From contig MU054413.1 of the NCBI GenBank assembly GCA_013239625.1, positions 5,598,861 through 5,662,860 of the forward strand: a stretch of 64,000 nucleotides of DNA, read 5' to 3'. The notes under the pieces are model-generated. The model worked only from the letters and a program-made list of their open reading frames with translations. It searched no databases and was not told where the DNA came from. The DNA is from Lama guanicoe (Eukaryota). Each line of letters opens with the position of its first letter. Within the stretch, counting starts at the first letter, position 1. The translations under genes and the position numbers were made by a program. Shown here piece after piece: positions 59,348-64,000 of the stretch.

Positions 59348-61859
59348 GAGTTTTGTGTTCCCAGGGCAGACATGCCTGCCAAGGGGAAGTGTCTTGTGCA
59401 GAGCGCCATCACTGCATCTCTCTTGAAAGGCTGACTGATGCCTGTGTGCAGGTGGCAGTGAGGGTCATGAGAAGGTAGGGACGCAGCCTGATGTGATGCC
59501 AAGCACACAGGGAACACTCTGGTTCTGTCTGAATCAGAGAACAAGAGATCGGCAAGGGAGCCTGGGGGTGGCTTGGAATTGGCCATGGCTGGCCGAATGT
59601 TGAAGAGGGAGAGGAGGCTTCTTATCCTAAGATGAAGAAAACAAAAGCTTGGGTGGGGCTGCAGTCAGATATTGCGTGGGGACACTCATGATTGAGGATC
59701 AGGTGACAAGAAGAAGAGCTAGTGTTGATGGAGCACTTGTCTGTGTGCCTGGCTCTGTCCTCAGGGCTTTACCTTTCGTTACCCATTCAGTCCTCATAGC
59801 CCGTCCTTCCTATTTCATAAACCAGGAGTTGAGGTGCAGAAAGTGGAAAGGACTTGCTCAAGGTCATGCAGCTGGTAAGTGGCAGGCCTGAGCCCAGGCG
59901 GCAAGGCCCAGAGCCTGCGCTTGTAGCGACACCATGATGGTGGAGGGCAGCACGCACCTCGTGGGTGCAGTCCAGGTAGGAGGAGATAGCCTCTTTTCCA
60001 TTTACTAGGTCGGGAGAAGGAGCCCTGGTTCATCGTGACTTCTCTTGCTGGTCAGAATTTTATTCCAGGGCATATACACCCACCGCCAGACTTCTGACTG
60101 CAGCCTGTTGGAGGCTTAGCTGCCCGTGCCGCTCTGATTTCCTGTCCCATCTTGTTGTGTCCTCTTTGTTGCTGTGCTAGGGGCGTGAGCTGCACTGAGG
60201 ACAGCAGGGCAGTGACACTGCAGCCGGCCCCTCCTCCACTATCTCATCTGTGTTCCTTGCTTGAGGGTGCCCATCAGGAGGGGCCGTGTTCATCGATGAT
60301 GAATATGCCTCCCTTCATCATTACATTTTAGTAGGAGATTCCTGAAGTCTGTGCCAGTCTCCTGCCCCGCCCTCCAGGGCATGAGTTATTGCCCAGCCGC
60401 CTCCCCCTGGAGCCTGCCAGACCCTGCTCTGGTGCCCCTCCTGTGCCTTGTCAGTCAGGTGACAACTGTCACCCAACCTGGCCAGGAGATGACAGCAGAA
60501 AGCAGTGCTTGTTTTTGGTGACAAAGTCAGAACTGAGACAGGTGTCCCACCTGTGCTGGGTTGGTGGTCACAGCACCTCCACTGTCCTTCCTCTACCCCT
60601 CAGCCCCCGTTCTGGAGCGTGGTGCTGATGGGGAGACAGAACAGAGTGGTGACTTTCATCAGACACAACTCTCTGCTCGTCCAGAAGCTTCCAGGAGCCT
60701 TTCCCAGCTGATGAGGGGATGCAGGCTTTCTGACTGCTGACTGTTTTTATATCTGGAAATTCAACAAACTTTCGTTTTTCCGTCTTCACATGCTGGTGGG
60801 GAGAAAAACCAAAACAGTACAAAAATTCAAGAAAGATCTTGATTTTAGAGATGCTAAATGGTTGATTTCAGATGTGAATGTTTTGTTTTCTCTCTTGATA
60901 TTTTTGCCTTGGGGCATTTTTGGCAGGTGGTGAGGGTGGATCACAGATGACAACACTGCCATCTGAGAGTTTTCTCAGGATGAGGGAGTGCAGTTCCTTA
61001 TTTTATAGGTGATCCCAGAGTCCAATGAGAAGGGATCAAGGACTGAGCCTAGAGCCTGGCAGGCATGTGTCTTCATGCTGCCCCTGCACAGATTTCACCT
61101 GTGTACCTTGGAAATTAACACCGTTACCTGGGAAATGAACACCCCCTTCACCTTTGAAAGGTGGACTGTTGGTCCTTTACAATCTCAAAAGGGGGGAAAT
61201 AAGCATCAGTACTGTGATATTTTAGCAAGTCCATTAATCTTGCTCTAAAACTTTGTATTTCTAAAACTACAGCTATATCTTAGTTGGGGTAGACTCATAT
61301 TAAGTCTTAACTTCTGAACCTGATACTTTGCGGGGTGGATTATACACAGTAGAGGGTGAGTCTTCTGACCCAAGGATAACAGGAGGCCTTCGTGGTGTTG
61401 CCAGCCTCGCTGTGCACATCAAGGGAAGGTGCTTTCCCACTTGAGGTGAGCTTGTCAGGTGCATGAAGCAGGACTTCCTTGATAGATGCACCAGGCTCTG
61501 TGGCATCTCTACTGAGGCCACAGTCATCCACTCCACCCCTGAAATGCTGCGGCCTGTCAGCCTCCAAGTGTGGGCCAACCTCCGGGTTGGGGTGGGAACC
61601 GACTGAGAGACAGTGTGTGCAGAGCCTCCCGCAGAGTTTAGTGTGTCCCGGCACTTAGTGGTGCTCGGTGCCTGTTGGCTGCTGCTGTTACTATGATTAT
61701 TGTTGTTGTTTAGTGGGTGCCATGCAGTCCTGCAGTTTGTCACTATGGACTGTTCGACCTTGTCACTCTAGTGGACGGCTTTCTGAAAGACGGCTTTCAG
61801 TTTAGGTAATCAAAGGACTGAGGATAGCAGGGTTGGAAGGTCTGGTTTGACCAGAGGAG

Positions 61860-62170
61860 CAGCTCACACTTGGAGCATTGGCCGTGCCAGGTGCTGTCAG
61901 ACCCTTTTCATACTAGCTCTGCTGATCCTCTATGGGGCAAGTACCCCTGTTGTCCCATTTTACAGATAAGCACGAGGGGACAGGGAGAGGCTGAGTGACT
62001 TACCTGAGGGTGCACAGCTGCTAAGCGGCAGAGTTGGGAGTTGAACCTAGGCAGGCTGGCACCCTGGTGGTGTTCTGCCACCTCCATTTACAGATGAGGT
62101 CCATGGCTCAGAGAGGGGAAGGGACTCCACAGAGTCTCACAGCAGGGGAGTAGACTCCTGAGCCCCTGGC
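61860..62170 (-). mobile_element. MIR SINE fragments (other MIRs at ~44630-44750, ~56620-56720, ~57700-57910, ~59790-59900)
   Basis: cccattttacagataag...gagaggctgagtgacttacctgaggg...; ccatttacagatgagg...ggctcagagagggg. Confidence 0.7.
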
Positions 62171-64000
62171 TTGTCTTCTTTCTACCAAAGCTGGCCCAGG
62201 GCCTTGCAGGGCTCGGGCACGTGTGCGACCCCTAAGGGTGATTGGGTGCCCTTGGCCATCCACGCATGGTCAGCTGTGAACCTTGGAGGGTTCCAGGGTG
62301 GGGCTGACCCCCCACCCCACCCCCGGCTGCGCATCCCAGCTCTGTCGCTGAGCCCCCAGGGAAGAGCATTTGCTCCTCCCTCCTTTCCAGGTGCCTGGGG
62401 GAGGTGCATGTCCTCCCAGTGCCCAGAGCTGTCCCAGGTCAGTGCCGCAGGCCAGCCTCTCCCGCCCTCCTGGAGCACAGGGAGGACTCTGCGTGCTGGC
62501 TCGAGGCTGGAACAGGCCCCTTCAGCGGGTTTCATGGGGAGGAAGTGTGAGTCACCGAGACCTCTACAAGCCTCAGGTGAATGGAGGGGTGTGTGAGGGA
62601 GGCTGCAGGAAGGGGCCTTGGAGGGCTGAATGTTCTGTTATCGCTTGGGTGATTTTACTGGAAGTTCTTTTGAAGTGGTCTCCATGACCCAGTGGGGCTG
62701 AGTCACAGAGTAAACACAATTAGCAGGGACCGGCCTCTTGGGAAGGACACAGACAATGCTTGTGGCCCAGGCCAGTCCTAGGGAGTTTGCCAGCTCCTTC
62801 CCAGGGCTTCTGCCTTAGCTTCCATGTGCGTCCCACCTGCTGGCTCGGGCCGTCTGTGGACCTCAGGCCCTGGGCGTTTGTCAGAAATTCAGAGTCTCAG
62901 ACCCCACCTTCATCTGCCGAGTCAGAACCTGCACTTAGACCGAGTCCCCAGGTAATTGCTATGGCAGAGAACCTCCTTGTGTCTGTCACTCTGCTGCACA
63001 CGTCCACAAAAACCTGGGCTCACGCTCTGCGCTCCTTTTCTGGAAACATTTCCTCATCATGCGAAACCCCCCAGGTCCTGTCAGGATCTCTGCACAGGCT
63101 TGTCTGAGTTTGTGGCGACTGTCCTGAGTGGCTGTGCCTGCTTCCCGGTGGGGGGTAGATGGGGAGACAGTGAGGGCAGCACCAGTCAGAGAGGCCGGCC
63201 CTTGTTAATCTAGGCCTGTGTGTGTGAGGCAGAGGGTGTGCCTTAGGGTTCAGGGGTGGGGGGTGCAGGTGTTGTCAGGGGAACTCCCATGTAGGGGAGG
63301 GTGAGGGGCTCTGCTGGGCAGGGGAGCGTGTGTGGTCAGATAGGACCCCTGTTGGCCTCAAGATTGGATTGTGAAACCCCAGAGGTATATGACGTCTGCC
63401 CCACCCCTCAGAAGCCATCAGTTTGAAAGGACACCACGTGACTTTGGAGGAAAGCGACTCCTTTTGCCTTTTCCCGACAGTCCCGACCACACAGGCTTTT
63501 TAAGACAACAATAGCTGCAGAGACAAAGCATGACCAAGACAGCGTCGTCTTCTGGCCTTTTTCTCCCCCTAAATGACGTCTTAGGCCCTGGGAACATTGT
63601 AAAAACTGGGCCTTATCCAATTTTAATCACTCCCTGGCAGCCCTGCCACCAGCTCCCAGGAGCCCTGCCAACTGACTCGGGGGAGTGATGCCCAGAGATG
63701 CAGATAAAGATGTTGTGCCGCCCCCAGGTCAGGCCCCAGAGCCCAGTCAGGACATAGGGACAGGGAAGAGGAACAGCGTGTTGGTTGGCCAGCGGGGAGA
63801 TGGGCGGAGAGAGAAAAGGGTGTCTGCCAAGTTTAATTAACAGTGGAGACTTGCCATGGGGGAGGAGAGAGACTATTTGAAGAGAGGGGTGGCTTACTGG
63901 AAGATGGGGCACTGCTGATGACAATAATGAGGAAGAGACAAGGCATTTCTGCAGGGAGCATCCACCAGGGTGCTGGCCGCTGTGTTGCTGGCAGGGCTGG

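Larger units (their letters stand above)
25157..64000 (+). other. DLG5: DLG5 intron 1 (continues beyond the window)
   Basis: Starts with GTGAGT. No sequence encoding the expected next residues (STYSVLSTMPSDSES) was found by eye downstream. Repeat-rich, non-coding composition. Confidence 0.8.

Overview
This is mammalian genomic DNA, most likely camelid (alpaca/camel lineage), judged from seven copies of the camelid tRNA-Ala-derived Vic-1 SINE. The only protein-coding sequence I can support is the first coding exon of DLG5 (+ strand, 24853-25156, MEPQRRELLAQCQQSLAQAMTEVEAVLGLLEA...EGAG, N-terminal CARD-like region). It lies in a CpG island (~24.0-25.3 kb), has a perfect Kozak context and ends at a GTGAGT donor. 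About 24 kb upstream is a repeat-rich intergenic region containing Vic-1, L1/HAL1, L2, MIR, MaLR/ERV LTRs and Tigger/hAT elements. The remaining ~39 kb is DLG5 intron 1, and I did not find exon 2. Almost all other ORF-track entries are chance ORFs, repeat-derived, or run through N blocks. I see no evidence of a wholly new multi-gene system. The most notable unexplained structure is in the DLG5 5' region: four upstream ATGs all in frame with the main CDS, plus a candidate frame-preserving 261-nt GT-AG mini-intron whose acceptor is formed by a (TCC)n tract. Other leads are candidate upstream and poison exons, a Vic-1 dimer under a single TSD, a triple-nested MaLR/L1/ERV insertion and a ~115-bp intronic direct repeat. 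Repeat family names are recalled from consensus sequences by eye, and repeat boundaries are approximate unless a TSD or TIR is quoted.
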